A stretch of 64,000 bases of DNA from positions 32,001 to 96,000 of the forward strand of contig CAWFKQ010000014.1 of NCBI GenBank assembly GCA_963816395.1, in the 5' to 3' direction. The DNA is from an uncultured delta proteobacterium (lineage in GTDB: Bacteria; Desulfobacterota; Desulfuromonadia; Desulfuromonadales; JACZKF01). Shown one piece after another: positions 33,448 to 44,301 of the stretch; positions within the stretch are counted from its first letter, which is position 1, and every line of letters begins with the position of its first letter. A model generated the notes under the pieces. The model was not told the DNA's origin and searched no databases. It worked only from the letters and a program-made list of their open reading frames with translations. Position numbers and translations under genes: made by a program.

Positions 33448-33582
33448 ATTCCATCCTCCCCTGCGTCGGTAAATTTCTACCTAGTCTAATCGAGCCGAGA
33501 CCGCTGGCAAGGGGAGGCCGCCCTGAGGGGGAGAAGAGAGAACGAGAAGGCGAAAAGAACGCTAGCGTCCGCGCAGGCGGAT

Positions 33583-33598
33583 TGGCCCCTGTTTTGCA
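33583..33598 (+). promoter_or_regulatory. sigma54 promoter
   Basis: TGGCCCCTGTTTTGCA, about 90 nt upstream of the GltD-like gene. Confidence 0.65.
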
Positions 33599-33686
33599 AT
33601 TGCATCCCTGTCCCGGTTCGGGTAAAACACGGCGGGTGCTTTTCCGCACCCCGACGTGCGGGACCGTAGCTTCCTCTGGAGGATCA

Positions 33687-35015
33687 ATGCTCACCTTTGA
33701 CGAACTGGAAAAAGGCTTTACCGAAGAGGAAGCTCTGGCCGAGGCGCGCCGCTGCCTGGGCTGCCGCGATCCGCAGTGCGTCCGCGGCTGCCCCATCGAG
33801 AACCGCATCCCCGAGTTCATCCTGGCCATCCGCGACGGCAACTATGCCGAGGCCATCAAGCTGATCAACGCCCGCAGCAACCTGGCGGTGATCTGCGCCC
33901 GGGTCTGCCCGCACTACGACCAGTGCGAGGGAAGCTGCATTCTCAGCCGCAAGGGGAAGGGGATCCGGATCAGCAAGCTCGAGCGTTTTCTCGCCGACAA
34001 GGAGATGGAGCTGACGCTGCGGGTCAAGGAGAAGATGGCGGTGATCGGCTCCGGCCCGGCCGGATTGACCGTCGCCGCCCTGCTCGCCAAGGAAGGGTAT
34101 CGTGTCTCCGTCTTCGAGGCCCGCCCCGTCCCCGGCGGCGTCCTGCGCTACGGCATCCCCGAGTACCGTCTGCCGAAGGAGATGGTCGACAAGCAGATCG
34201 AGATCGTCCGCGCGCTCGGGGTGCGCTTCGAGACCGGCGTGGTGATCGGCGAAGACATCACCCTCGACCAGCTCTTCGCCATGGGGCACCAGGCGGTCTT
34301 CATCGGCACCGGCACCGGCCTGTCGCGCAAGCTCGGGGTGGCGGGGGAGGGACTGCCGGAAGTGCTGCAGGCGGTCTATTTCCTGGAGACGGTGGAACTG
34401 GTGCGCGAGGAGCGCCTGCCGATGGCCCACCTGCCGGTGCGCCAGGGGGACCGGGTGGTGGTGGTCGGCGCCGGCAACGTGGCGGTCGACGCCGCCCGCA
34501 CCGCCCTGCGCCTCGGCTGCGGCGAGGTTTTGGTCCTCGATATCCTGCCGGCAGAGCAGCGCCGGGCCAATGACCGGGAATACGAAGAGGCGCTGAACGA
34601 GGGGGTGCAGTTCCGCTTCCAGACGACGGTGACCGCCATCCACGGCGAAGGAGCGGTGAGCGGGGTGACGCTGCAGGACTGCCACCCCCCGCAGGCGGCC
34701 GGGCGGGAAAGCGTCATTCTGCCGGTGGCCGGGAGCGAGCGCCTGCACCCCTGCGACAAGCTCATCATCGCCATCGGCCAGAAGCCCTTCGCCCGCATCG
34801 TTTCCACCACCACCGGCCTGAAGACCAACGAGAAGGGGTACCTCATCACCAGCGAGGCGCCCTTCTACGGCATGACCACCCGCCGCGGCGTCTTTGCCGC
34901 CGGCGATGTGGTGCACGAGCCGCAGACGGTCATCCTCGCCATGCGCGAAGGGCGCAAGGTGGCGGAGGCGATCGACACCTATCTGCGCAGCTTACAATTG
35001 GAGAACCAACCTTGA
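33687..35015 (+). CDS. GltD/NfnB/SudA-like NAD(P)H-dependent Fe-S flavoprotein
   Basis: EARRCLGC, CVRGCP, CARVCP..QCEGSC, IGSGPAGL, YGIPEYRLP, GAGNVAVD, FAAGDV. Confidence 0.9.
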   Translation: MLTFDELEKGFTEEEALAEARRCLGCRDPQCVRGCPIENRIPEFILAIRDGNYAEAIKLINARSNLAVICARVCPHYDQCEGSCILSRKGKGIRISKLERFLADKEMELTLRVKEKMAVIGSGPAGLTVAALLAKEGYRVSVFEARPVPGGVLRYGIPEYRLPKEMVDKQIEIVRALGVRFETGVVIGEDITLDQLFAMGHQAVFIGTGTGLSRKLGVAGEGLPEVLQAVYFLETVELVREERLPMAHLPVRQGDRVVVVGAGNVAVDAARTALRLGCGEVLVLDILPAEQRRANDREYEEALNEGVQFRFQTTVTAIHGEGAVSGVTLQDCHPPQAAGRESVILPVAGSERLHPCDKLIIAIGQKPFARIVSTTTGLKTNEKGYLITSEAPFYGMTTRRGVFAAGDVVHEPQTVILAMREGRKVAEAIDTYLRSLQLENQP

Positions 35016-35109
35016 CTGACTGACGGTTACCGGGCATGGAAGACTCCCGAAAAGAATTTTGAATGCTGAATTATAAATTGACCCTCGTTTTTCTCCCCGC
35101 CTGAGCGCT

Positions 35110-35141
35110 AAAAAAAACGGGCGACCCGAAGGCCGCCCGCT
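35110..35141 (-). terminator. Rho-independent terminator
   Basis: GCGGGCGGCC-TTCG-GGTCGCCCG followed by a T-run on the minus strand. Confidence 0.8.
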
Positions 35142-35161
35142 GGGATCAGCGCCGGAAGAAA

Positions 35162-35434
35162 TCAGTAACGCGGCCGGCGGGATGGTTGCTTGTCGCGTTT
35201 TTCCGCCTGGTTCACCTTGATCGCCCGACCTTCCATCATCTGTTTGTTCAGGGCCTTGATCGCCGTATCCGCCTCGGAATTGTTCGGCATCTCGACGAAG
35301 CCGAAGCCCTTGGACTGGCCGGAGAACTTGTCCATGATCAGACTCGCCTCGGCGACTTCGCCGAAATCGGCGAACATTTTTTTCAGGTCCTCCGACTTCA
35401 TGTTGTAAGGCAGATTGCCGACGTAGATATTCAT
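35162..35434 (-). CDS. RRM RNA-binding protein
   Basis: MNIYVGNLPY (RNP2), SKGFGFVEM (RNP1). Confidence 0.95.
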   Translation of the reverse strand: MNIYVGNLPYNMKSEDLKKMFADFGEVAEASLIMDKFSGQSKGFGFVEMPNNSEADTAIKALNKQMMEGRAIKVNQAEKRDKQPSRRPRY

Positions 35435-35549
35435 ATTTGAGGCTCCTCTCGGGGTACGCTGTTCAAAAGCAGGCCAGGAAACGACCAGCGTACGAATCGT
35501 CTGCCGGCGATGGGCCGATCCGCAAAGGATAACCGCTTTCGGGCGATTG

Positions 35550-36857
35550 TCAGCGGGAGCGGCGTTTTTCCGCGGAGCGGCGTTCATCCGCCGGCCGGCT
35601 GCCGGCCGAGCGGCGGCGGTATTCGACGACGACGGGCTTTTCACCGCTCCGGTACCCCCGGTTGCCGGTGGCCTTGCGGCGGAAGGCGCCGGGATCGGCG
35701 CCGGCGCGTGGCAGCAGGGGCTGTTTCGGCTCGAGACCGGGGATCGTTTCCCGCGGCAGGTCCTGCCCGATGTAGCGCTCGATCCGGCGCAGCCGCTCCG
35801 CCTCCTCGCGGCCGGCGAACGAGATCGCCTCGCCCGAGGCGCCGGCGCGGCCGGTGCGGCCGATGCGGTGCACGTAGTCCTCGGCGTTCATCGGCAGGTC
35901 GAAGTTGATGACGTGGCTGATGCCGGTGACGTCCAGGCCGCGGGCGGCGACGTCGGTGGCGACGAGCAGCCGGATGCGGCCGCTGCGCAGGTCGCGCAGG
36001 GTGCGGTTGCGGGCGCCCTGGGTCATATCCCCGTGCAGGGCGGCGGCCCGGTGCCCCTGGCCGGCGAGGTCGCGGGCGAGATTGTCGGCCTCCCGCTTGG
36101 TCGCGGAGAAAACGATCGCCCGGGTCAGCTCGCTGTCGGCCGCAAGGTGCTGCAGGAGCCGTTTTTTATGCTCGAGCCCGTCGGCCACGTGCAGACGCTG
36201 CCGGATCTGCTCCAGCGTGACCCGCTCGCTGGCGATGTGCACGCGCACCGGATTTCGCAGCAGCCGGCCGGCCAGCTCGGCCATGGTGCGGTCGAGGGTG
36301 GCGGTGAACAGCAGGGTCTGGCGACTAGCCGGAGCGGCGGCGGTGACCTTCTCGATATCCGGCTTGAATCCCATGTCGAGCATGCGGTCGGCCTCATCGA
36401 GGATCAGAACCTCCAGGTGGGAAAGATTGAGGCTGCCGCGCTCCAGATGATCGATTATCCGCCCGGGGGTGCCGACCACCAGCTCGATGGGGCGCGACAG
36501 GTCCTTGAACTGGGGCGCGTAGGGCATGCCGCCGAGGATAACGGTGCTGCGCAGGCGCAGGAATTTGCCGTAGTTACGCACGGCCGCGGTGACCTGGGCG
36601 GCCAGCTCGCGGGTCGGCGTGAGCACCAGCACCCGCGGCGCCCCTTTGGGCGTCGAACACGGGGTCGCCAGACGCTGCAGGGCGGGCAGAACAAAGGCAG
36701 CGGTTTTGCCGGTGCCGGTCTGGGCCGAGGCCAGCACGTCGCGCCCGGCGAGGGCTTCGGGAATGGCCCGCTGCTGGACCGGTGTCGGCTCGGCATAGCC
36801 GCACTCGGATAAGGCCTTGAGAAGGGGTTGAATGAGTTGCAGATCGGTAAAAGACAT
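35550..36857 (-). CDS. DEAD/DEAH box RNA helicase (RhlE-like)
   Basis: AQTGTGKT, PTRELA, TPGR, DEADRMLDMGF, ARGLD, HRIGRTGRAG. Confidence 0.95.
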   Translation of the reverse strand: MSFTDLQLIQPLLKALSECGYAEPTPVQQRAIPEALAGRDVLASAQTGTGKTAAFVLPALQRLATPCSTPKGAPRVLVLTPTRELAAQVTAAVRNYGKFLRLRSTVILGGMPYAPQFKDLSRPIELVVGTPGRIIDHLERGSLNLSHLEVLILDEADRMLDMGFKPDIEKVTAAAPASRQTLLFTATLDRTMAELAGRLLRNPVRVHIASERVTLEQIRQRLHVADGLEHKKRLLQHLAADSELTRAIVFSATKREADNLARDLAGQGHRAAALHGDMTQGARNRTLRDLRSGRIRLLVATDVAARGLDVTGISHVINFDLPMNAEDYVHRIGRTGRAGASGEAISFAGREEAERLRRIERYIGQDLPRETIPGLEPKQPLLPRAGADPGAFRRKATGNRGYRSGEKPVVVEYRRRSAGSRPADERRSAEKRRSR

Positions 36858-37324
36858 GAGAATTCCTTCCCCTGCCGCAGGCGGCAGGCGATTCAGGTGG
36901 CGTGCGGGCCGTCGGGACATACGCATGTCCCGCAAAAAAACGGCCCCGGCACAAACGGGACTGGCACTGATCGTCGCCAACCGATGTGCTGCCGCTGGTT
37001 CAGGGAAGGGAAACCAATGCAGAGGGTCAGTGATCGATGAGAGGACACGGCAGGCGTGGGGAAAAGCTATCCTGCCGGCGCGTCGTTAACAGTCGGCGGG
37101 TATCTTACACAGGATGGCTCGGAAAAGAAAGGGTTTATTTTAACTTTCCTGTTAAATAGCCCCGCCCCTGTTCACTCCGGCCCGCGCCCCCTGTCCGCCG
37201 AGGACGGTCTCGGGGCCGGTTTCGGCCCGACCGATCGATAACTGCCGCTGTTTGCCGTTCAATTGCAGGAGGGCGGCAGGAATGTGCGGACCAGGGTGAG
37301 GCCGGGGACCTCCCCTGACTCCCG

Positions 37325-37744
37325 CTATTCCCAGCCGATCACCTCGTAGCCTTTTTCCGCCAGGCAGCGATCGACGAAACTGCGGTAGGTCGGGCTTTTC
37401 TGGCGGGCACTGGCGCCCCCGTGGAGCAGGCCGGAAGCGCCGCCGCCGGCCGCTCCGATCGCCGCCCCGCGCCCGAGATCACCGGTAACCGCGCCCACGG
37501 CCCCACCGATGAGGGCACCGCCGGCGGCTCCCGCGGCGGTGCTGCCGGCAACCGTTCCGGCGGGATTCGAACGGACATAGGCGTCCGCGGCCGTCCGACA
37601 GTCGGCAACGTCCTGTTCGGCCCGCTGCTGCCCGACCGACTGGAGGTGTGCATTGGGATAAAGTACCGGCGCTGGCGCTGCGCACCCGGCTGCCAGGCTG
37701 ACAAGGGCCAGCATCACCCCGGTGAATCCGACCTTGCGCATCAT
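37325..37744 (-). CDS. Glycine-zipper lipoprotein
   Basis: Lipobox LAAGC, GAAGGALIGGAVG repeats, C-terminal RCLAEKGYEVIGW. Confidence 0.8.
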   Translation of the reverse strand: MMRKVGFTGVMLALVSLAAGCAAPAPVLYPNAHLQSVGQQRAEQDVADCRTAADAYVRSNPAGTVAGSTAAGAAGGALIGGAVGAVTGDLGRGAAIGAAGGGASGLLHGGASARQKSPTYRSFVDRCLAEKGYEVIGWE

Positions 37745-37897
37745 TTTCCTTCTCCTCAGCTGTCCGCGTCCTGTTCGCAAGATATACTTTTTTGCCGACG
37801 ATGCAAATCGGTTCCCCAGTTCGAGGGACCCAAAGCGACCCGGCGGCGGGACAGCAAACGCCCGGATGCGGCGGGGTTGAATCCGGGGGATACCAAC

Positions 37898-38890
37898 TCA
37901 GTTCGCCGGTTGCGGACTCAGTATAGTCTCCCCGGGACTGCCGGGACTGCCCGGGGGAGCGGCCTCCACGGACGGTTCGGTTGGTTCCTCTGCCGGTTCG
38001 GGTTCGATGTCGCGCATCACCTGCTCGCTGATCCCCTCTTCCCTGTCCTCCATGGTCTCCTCCGCCGCATCCGGCGAGGGCTGGGGGAGCGGGGGCGCCA
38101 GGCCGAGCAGGACGGGCAGTTCCTCCAGGGCCTGGGCATATCGGGTCTGATCGAGGATTTGGCGTCCCCTCAGCAATCGCAGTATGCGCGCGGCGCGCCG
38201 CTGGACCTTCTGCGGCTTGAGCTTCGGGTTGTAGGCGACCCGGGGGCCGGGGAGGATGGCGGCGAGCAGGGCGCATTCGGCGGGGGTCATCTCCTCCGGC
38301 GTTTTGCCGAAGAAGTAGCGGGCGCCGTGCCCCACTCCGTAGACTTGGGATCCCAGCTCCACGACATTAAGGTAAAGCTCCAGAATCCGTCCCTTGCTCA
38401 GCGCCCGCTCCAGCCGGCGGGCGAGCAGGATCTCCCGCAGCTTGCGCCAGAGGGATTTCTCCCGCGAGAGGTAGACGTTCTTGGCCAGCTGCTGGGTGAT
38501 GGTCGAGGCGCCTCGCGCCAGACGCTTCTGCTCCAGGTCGTATTCGAGCGCCTCGCGCAGGGCGGGGACATCGATCCCCTGGTGTTCGTAAAAGTTGGCG
38601 TCTTCGGCGACGATGACCGCCCACTTCATCTCCGTCGGCATGACCCCCAGGGGGGTCCAGTCCCGGTTCCGCGGACCGAGGCGGAAGGGATGCTCCTTCC
38701 CCTGCCAGTCGCGCACCTCGATGGTCAGGGAGGTTCGGCGGTCTTTGAGGGGGTTGACGTCGGGGAGATCCCGGAACAGCAGGGCGACTGCGGCGGCCAG
38801 CAGAAGCAGCAGGGCTGCGGTGAGCGCCAGGAGCCGGCGTAGATACAGCCGGCGGCGGGTGGGGGAGAAGCGCGGACGAAGGTCAAACAT
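37898..38890 (-). CDS. mtgA: Monofunctional peptidoglycan transglycosylase
   Basis: AEDANFYEHQG, RGASTITQQLAKN, RKLRE, ILELYLN. Confidence 0.85.
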   Translation of the reverse strand: MFDLRPRFSPTRRRLYLRRLLALTAALLLLLAAAVALLFRDLPDVNPLKDRRTSLTIEVRDWQGKEHPFRLGPRNRDWTPLGVMPTEMKWAVIVAEDANFYEHQGIDVPALREALEYDLEQKRLARGASTITQQLAKNVYLSREKSLWRKLREILLARRLERALSKGRILELYLNVVELGSQVYGVGHGARYFFGKTPEEMTPAECALLAAILPGPRVAYNPKLKPQKVQRRAARILRLLRGRQILDQTRYAQALEELPVLLGLAPPLPQPSPDAAEETMEDREEGISEQVMRDIEPEPAEEPTEPSVEAAPPGSPGSPGETILSPQPAN

Positions 38891-39101
38891 GGTGATCGGG
38901 GGATAGTGCCTTCCTTGATGCCAAATGCCGTAAGATTAACATGAAAGTTAACGGCCCGTCGCGCTTTTGCTCTTCAGCCGCAGACCCCGCGCGGCTGGGA
39001 CGGGAGCCGGGATTCCGTCGTCGAACAAAGGAGGGCCGGACGCAGCGAGGGGGGGATCAAAATTATCGGTAAATGATGAATTCTCCGTTGAATTTTCTTG
39101 T

Positions 39102-39129
39102 TTGACATCCTCCCGGACGGCGCTAGAGT
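39102..39129 (+). promoter_or_regulatory. sigma70-type promoter
   Basis: TTGACA-N16-TAGAGT with an AT-rich upstream region. Confidence 0.6.
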
Positions 39130-39136
39130 AATAACA

Positions 39137-39283
39137 AACGGTGACAGAAACGCCGACCAGGGAGAGCCGAGCGGACGACCCAGAGGTCGTCGGGCAGAGG
39201 TAAAGTTCCTGCCCAGTAAATGCTCGACGGTCCGGAAGAGCAACACCCTCCGGAAAGACCCGGCAGCGCTATCTGTCACCGTT
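39137..39283 (+). ncRNA. Unidentified highly structured RNA (~150 nt)
   Basis: Perfect 12-bp closing stem AACGGTGACAGA/TCTGTCACCGTT enclosing several hairpins; starts just after the promoter; no same-strand gene downstream. Confidence 0.6.
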
Positions 39284-39318
39284 GATTTATTAGTGAGCAG
39301 CCTGCCGGCCGCACGCTC

Positions 39319-39696
39319 TCACAGGGTCTGCTGGCAGGATTCGACGGTGATCTCCAGCACCGCCCGGAGCCAGGGATGCGTTTTCTTCATCGTTTCCACC
39401 TCCGCCCCCTCCGTCAGCATCTTGGCGGTTCCGCTGAGCAGAAAGCCCGTTCCCTTGTAGCGCAATCCGGCAATCTCGCGGCTGCCGATGGTCAGCTTGA
39501 CCCGGCTGCTGCGCTTGAGGTTGGCCTCCGTCGCCTGCATGCCGCCGACCGGCACCAGCAGCCTATCCTCGCCGCTGACCCCGACGTAGCTGTTCCAGGT
39601 ATTGACCACGTGCGGCTCGGTCGGGCCCTGGGTGACAATGGCGACGATCCCGTCGGCAGGGTGGGACAGCACCTGCAATAGAGTGGCATTGAGCAT
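39319..39696 (-). CDS. FMN-binding split-barrel protein (pyridoxamine 5'-phosphate oxidase family)
   Basis: PHVVNTWNSY, TEANL, KGTGFLLSG. Confidence 0.85.
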   Translation of the reverse strand: MLNATLLQVLSHPADGIVAIVTQGPTEPHVVNTWNSYVGVSGEDRLLVPVGGMQATEANLKRSSRVKLTIGSREIAGLRYKGTGFLLSGTAKMLTEGAEVETMKKTHPWLRAVLEITVESCQQTL

Positions 39697-39898
39697 GGGT
39701 CTCCTCCTTTTTCAGGGTTAAGGAGGCAGCTTACCTGCATCCCGATTCCCTGCCTTGACTTCCGTCAAATCCCCTTGGAAAAAGTCACCACCGGCACGCC
39801 CGCGGCAGCGGCAGTAGCGGCATGGGCGCGGAATAGGACTTGCCCCCAACCGCCCTCCCGTGTTAACAGTGCGGGACTTTTTTCTTCGGAGTTTCCGC

Positions 39899-41533
39899 AT
39901 GATCCACCTGAACGGCATCACCCGCCAGCATGGTTCCCAGATCCTTTTCCAGAGCGCCAGCTGCCAGATTCTCGCCGGCACCCGCAGCGGCCTGGTCGGC
40001 CCGAACGGCGCCGGTAAGACGACCATCTTCCGCCTGCTCACCGGCGAGGAGCAGCCCGATGCCGGGACGATCGTCTGCGCCAAGAAGACGGTGATCGGCT
40101 ATTTCTCCCAGGACGTCGGCGAGATGGCCGGGCGCTCCGCCCTGGAGGAGGTGATGGCCGCCTCCGCCCGGACGATGGCACTGGGGGAGGAGATCCGGCG
40201 CCTGGAAGCCGCCATGGGCGAGCCGCTGGCGGAGGACGAGCTGACGGCGCTGCTGGAGCGCTACGGCGAGGCGCAGGAGGAGTTCGAGCATCGCGGCGGC
40301 TACGATCTTGAGGCCCGCGCGCAGGCGGTTCTCACCGGCCTCGGCATCGGTCCGGACGACTATCTGCGGCCGGTGGAGACCTTCAGCGGCGGCTGGAAGA
40401 TGCGCATCGCCCTTGCCCGCATCCTCACCCTCAACCCCGACGTGCTCCTCCTCGACGAGCCGACCAACCACCTCGATGTGGAATCGATCGTCTGGCTGGA
40501 GGAATGGCTCGCCAGCGAGTTCAAGGGGGCTCTGCTGATGACCAGCCACGACCGGGATTTCCTCAACCGCCTGGTCGACCGCATCGTCGAGGTCGCCGGG
40601 GGGACCATCACCACCTACGCCGGCAACTACGACTTCTACCTGCGCGAGCGGGAGATCCGCCGCGAGCAGCTCCTCGCCAGCCACCGCCGGCAGCAGGAGA
40701 TGCTGGCGAAGGAAGAGGAGTTCATCGCCCGCTTCGCCGCCCGCGCCTCGCACGCCGCTCAGGTACAGTCGCGGGTCAAGAAGCTGGAGAAGATCGAGCG
40801 CATCGAAATTCCGGCCGAGCAGAAGACGATCCGCTTCGAATTTTCCGAGCCGCCGCGCAGCGGCGACGACGTGGTGAAAATCGCTGGCCTGGCCAAGCGC
40901 TGGCCGCTGCCGGAGGGGCGGGAGAAGTCGGTCTTCGGCGGTGTTTCGGGGCTGATCCGGCGCGGCGAGAAGATCGCGGTGGTCGGGGTCAATGGCGCCG
41001 GCAAGTCGACCTTCCTCAAGGTCCTCGCCGGGCAGACCGAGCCGACGGACGGCGCGGCGACCTTGGGGGCGAACGTCCACCTCGGCTACTTCAGCCAGCA
41101 CGCGATGGATGTTCTCGACCCGCAGAAGACGGTCTTCGAGACGGTACAGAAGGCGATTCCGCAGGCCTCCATCGGCGTCGTGCGCAATCTCTGCGCCGCC
41201 TTCCTCTTCCAGGGGGATACGGTGGACAAGCGCATCGACAAGCTCTCCGGCGGCGAGAAGAGCCGGGTCGTGCTGGCCACCCTCCTCGCCCGCCCCGTCA
41301 ACTTCCTCATCCTCGACGAGCCGACCAATCACCTCGACATCCAGTCGCGCGAGATCCTGCTGGCGGCCCTGCAGAGCTTCACCGGCACCGTTGTCCTGGT
41401 CAGCCACGACCGCCACTTCCTGCGCTCGCTGGTCGGCCGCGTGTTCGAGATCGATCACGGGGAGATGCGGGTGTACGAGGGGGATTACGGGTACTACCTG
41501 CACAAGAGCGGCAGGGACAGCCGGGCGGCCTAG
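39899..41533 (+). CDS. ABC-F family ATPase
   Basis: Two ABC domains (GPNGAGKT, FSGGWKMR, DEPTNHLD; GVNGAGKST, LSGGEKSR), no TM helices. Confidence 0.95.
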   Translation: MIHLNGITRQHGSQILFQSASCQILAGTRSGLVGPNGAGKTTIFRLLTGEEQPDAGTIVCAKKTVIGYFSQDVGEMAGRSALEEVMAASARTMALGEEIRRLEAAMGEPLAEDELTALLERYGEAQEEFEHRGGYDLEARAQAVLTGLGIGPDDYLRPVETFSGGWKMRIALARILTLNPDVLLLDEPTNHLDVESIVWLEEWLASEFKGALLMTSHDRDFLNRLVDRIVEVAGGTITTYAGNYDFYLREREIRREQLLASHRRQQEMLAKEEEFIARFAARASHAAQVQSRVKKLEKIERIEIPAEQKTIRFEFSEPPRSGDDVVKIAGLAKRWPLPEGREKSVFGGVSGLIRRGEKIAVVGVNGAGKSTFLKVLAGQTEPTDGAATLGANVHLGYFSQHAMDVLDPQKTVFETVQKAIPQASIGVVRNLCAAFLFQGDTVDKRIDKLSGGEKSRVVLATLLARPVNFLILDEPTNHLDIQSREILLAALQSFTGTVVLVSHDRHFLRSLVGRVFEIDHGEMRVYEGDYGYYLHKSGRDSRAA

Positions 41534-41838
41534 GCGTCAGGCGCAGAGGATGAAAATTGTCGGAGGCGAAAACCTCCGGCTCGGATCTTTTCGATAGAAT
41601 CCCGTCTACTTATTTCGCAAAAGATTTCGTCAAGAGACCTTCCTACGGGAGGTGGCTCAGCGGCAGTCCGAAACCCCGTGCGAAGAACGATACGGTTGGA
41701 AAATGGCGGTTCTAATGCCTCCCCGAGGAGTGAATCGGGCTTCCTTTTGGTAGAGTGTAGATAAAAACGATCGAGAGCCACTCCTCAGAAGGAAAAATTC
41801 CGCCGGTGCTCCGGTTTTCCCCATCTCCCATGAAGAGG

Positions 41839-42208
41839 TGAAAACGATGAAATCGAAAATATAGAGTTCATCGGCGAGAAGATATTCCTGGACGAACTGG
41901 AAACCACAGGGGAAGTGTGGGTGGCAAGAAGCATCTACAAAAACATCTACGCGATGGAGCTTGACGAGGCGGGGCTTTCCCTGCCGGTCTGGTCGAATCG
42001 GGAGCGGGTCCTGGAATTTCTGAAGAACGCCAGGCTGGTGGGTCCGCGCTATGAGCCGCAGGCGGTTTCCGTGGCCGTTTTCACCAACGCCTGGCTATCG
42101 AACCAGATGATGGGCATTTCCGAGCTGCAGATCAACCCGGATGGCAAAACGACCAGGGTGCTCTGCCTGACCACCGAGGAATTCAGGTCCTCGCAAACCG
42201 TGCATTGA
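41839..42208 (+). CDS. DUF2750-like small protein (start uncertain)
   Basis: EKIFLDELETTGEVWV...LPVWSNRE...INP. The frame is open upstream of the listed ORF. Confidence 0.55.
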
Positions 42209-42242
42209 GCGGGCGCCGGGGGAGAAGAAGCGATTTCTCCAA

Positions 42243-44162
42243 TCAGCCGGCGGAGGCAGGCGCGCCACGGGGAGCCGGCAGCAGGACCGTGAACTGCGAC
42301 CCCGCCCCCAGCCGGCTCTCCACCTGGATTTCGCCGCCGTGCCGTTTGACCACATCGTAAGTCAGGGCCAGACCCAGCCCGATCCCCCTACCGACCTCCT
42401 TGGTGGTGAAGAAGGGATCCCAGATCTTGTCGATGGTCTCGGGGCCTATGCCGCAGCCGTTATCGCGAATCCGGAGCGAAACCAGGGCCCTCTCGGCACG
42501 GCGGGTCGTTATCTCCACCCGCCCCTCTTCCCTGATCGCCTGATGGGCGTTTATAAGCAGATTCATACAGACCTGGCGCAGGCCGGAGGGGTCCCCCAGG
42601 ACATGCGGCAGCTCCGCGTCCAGGTCGGTGATAACCTTTATCTTCCGATGGTTCGGCTGGTGCTGCAGTAGTTCGACAATCTCCAGCAGAATCTCATTCA
42701 GATCCACGTCCACGGGGAATCCGTTCGACTGCCGGCCAAAGCTGAGGAGATGTTCGATGATCCCCTTGCAGCGATAGGACTCCCGAACGATCACCTCGAG
42801 GTAGTGGGGGAAAAGATCGAGCCGGGCGTCCTGCCGCATGCCCGGTTGATCGCGGAAGCGGCGCAGCAGCGCCTCGGCATAACCCGCCACCGAGGTGAGG
42901 GGATTGTTGATTTCGTGGGCGATCCCCGTGGCCAGCACGCCGATGCTGGACATTTTTTCGGTCTGGATCAGGTGCATCTCCTGGAGACGTTTTTTCGAGA
43001 CGTCCCGAAAAAAGACCAGGGCCCGGGTTTTCTCCCCCAAAGCGTCCTTGATCGGAGTCGCGGTGAGGTCGAGGTACAGAGTCATGTGGCCGTCCCGCCC
43101 CGACAGATGCGAGGCCTCCACCCGCTCGCCGCGAATCGCCCGCTCCACCGGACAGGCATCGGGGAGCTCGGGCGTTTCCGGATGGAATAAGGCGCGGCAG
43201 GAGGTCCCCTGGCTGATTTCTTTCGGGAACAGTTGTGGCGCGATCAGATTGTGATGCTGGACCCGGCCGTCATGGTCGTAGACCGCAATGCCGTCGCTGA
43301 TCGAATCGAAAATCGCCTGCAGCTCGTTGCTCTTGTTGCGCAATTCGACCTCGGCCCGCTTGCGCTCGGTGATGTCCTGGGTCGTGCCATAGAGCCTGAC
43401 GACCCGGCCGGCGCTGTCGACCAACGGCTCGACGATGGAATAGACCCACCGGGTGCTGCTATCGGCGAACTGCAGGCGGTGCTCGATTTCATAGCTCTTG
43501 CCCTGCTCAATTCCCAGGCGAAGATGGGCCATCACCTTTTCGAGATCGTCCGGGTGGACCACGCTCCCGAAGGCTTCCGGGGTGGTTTCTTCGGGGCGAA
43601 GCTGGAGAATGCGCAGCAGCTCCGCCGACGCACTCACTTCCCCGGTGGCAGGGTCGAAACTCCAGGAGCCGACATGGGTCATCGCCTGGGCCTTTGCCAG
43701 GTTGTACTCACTCTCCGAGAGCGCCTGCTCTGCGCGTCTTTTGTCGGTGATGTCCACCAGGACCGCCAAGCACTCATCCCCCGCTTCGGTAACCATCGCC
43801 TCGATCCGGACGTGCTGCGGCGGCTGGCCGCCGGTGGCGAGCCGCAGTCGGCAGGTATTCTTCTCCTGCCCCTGGAACACCGTATGGAGATAATTCCCGA
43901 AGAGGAAACGGTCTTCATCGGCAACGAACTGCTCGAAACGTTTGTCGATCAGCCCGGCCCGGTCCACCCCCAGCAGCCGCACCCCGTACAGGTTGACCGA
44001 CCGAATCACCCCTTCCGGGTCGAAGGTGAAATACCCCACCGGGGCGAAATCGTAGAGGAACGCATATTTGTTCCGCGAGGTCTCCAGCTCCTCCTGCGAC
44101 CTGCGCAGTTCCTCGATCTTGGTCACCAGCGCGACATGATGTGACTTCAACTCACCTGCCAT
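42243..44162 (-). CDS. Multi-PAS sensor histidine kinase (NtrB-like)
   Basis: [11 protein letters not shown] and two further PAS domains, [24 protein letters not shown]. Confidence 0.92.
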   Translation of the reverse strand: MAGELKSHHVALVTKIEELRRSQEELETSRNKYAFLYDFAPVGYFTFDPEGVIRSVNLYGVRLLGVDRAGLIDKRFEQFVADEDRFLFGNYLHTVFQGQEKNTCRLRLATGGQPPQHVRIEAMVTEAGDECLAVLVDITDKRRAEQALSESEYNLAKAQAMTHVGSWSFDPATGEVSASAELLRILQLRPEETTPEAFGSVVHPDDLEKVMAHLRLGIEQGKSYEIEHRLQFADSSTRWVYSIVEPLVDSAGRVVRLYGTTQDITERKRAEVELRNKSNELQAIFDSISDGIAVYDHDGRVQHHNLIAPQLFPKEISQGTSCRALFHPETPELPDACPVERAIRGERVEASHLSGRDGHMTLYLDLTATPIKDALGEKTRALVFFRDVSKKRLQEMHLIQTEKMSSIGVLATGIAHEINNPLTSVAGYAEALLRRFRDQPGMRQDARLDLFPHYLEVIVRESYRCKGIIEHLLSFGRQSNGFPVDVDLNEILLEIVELLQHQPNHRKIKVITDLDAELPHVLGDPSGLRQVCMNLLINAHQAIREEGRVEITTRRAERALVSLRIRDNGCGIGPETIDKIWDPFFTTKEVGRGIGLGLALTYDVVKRHGGEIQVESRLGAGSQFTVLLPAPRGAPASAG

Positions 44163-44301
44163 CTGCAAGTTTTTCCCCCTGGAATTCCAGGAAAATCGGG
44201 GATCGGCCAACCGGAGCCCGCGATTGGCCTGATTGGAAGTGAATCGCTCGGGGGTGAACGGCTTGTGTTATTTTTCCGCGTTACCGGCGATGTGATCCAG
44301 T

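Noticed and set aside
39226..39250. SRP RNA-like GGTCCGGAAG segment
   Set aside because: Lacks the following GAAGCAG of the conserved SRP loop and the single long hairpin shape.
39137..39283. Lysine riboswitch (3' end AGCGCTATCT)
   Set aside because: The 5' AGAGG core is absent and there is no same-strand downstream gene.
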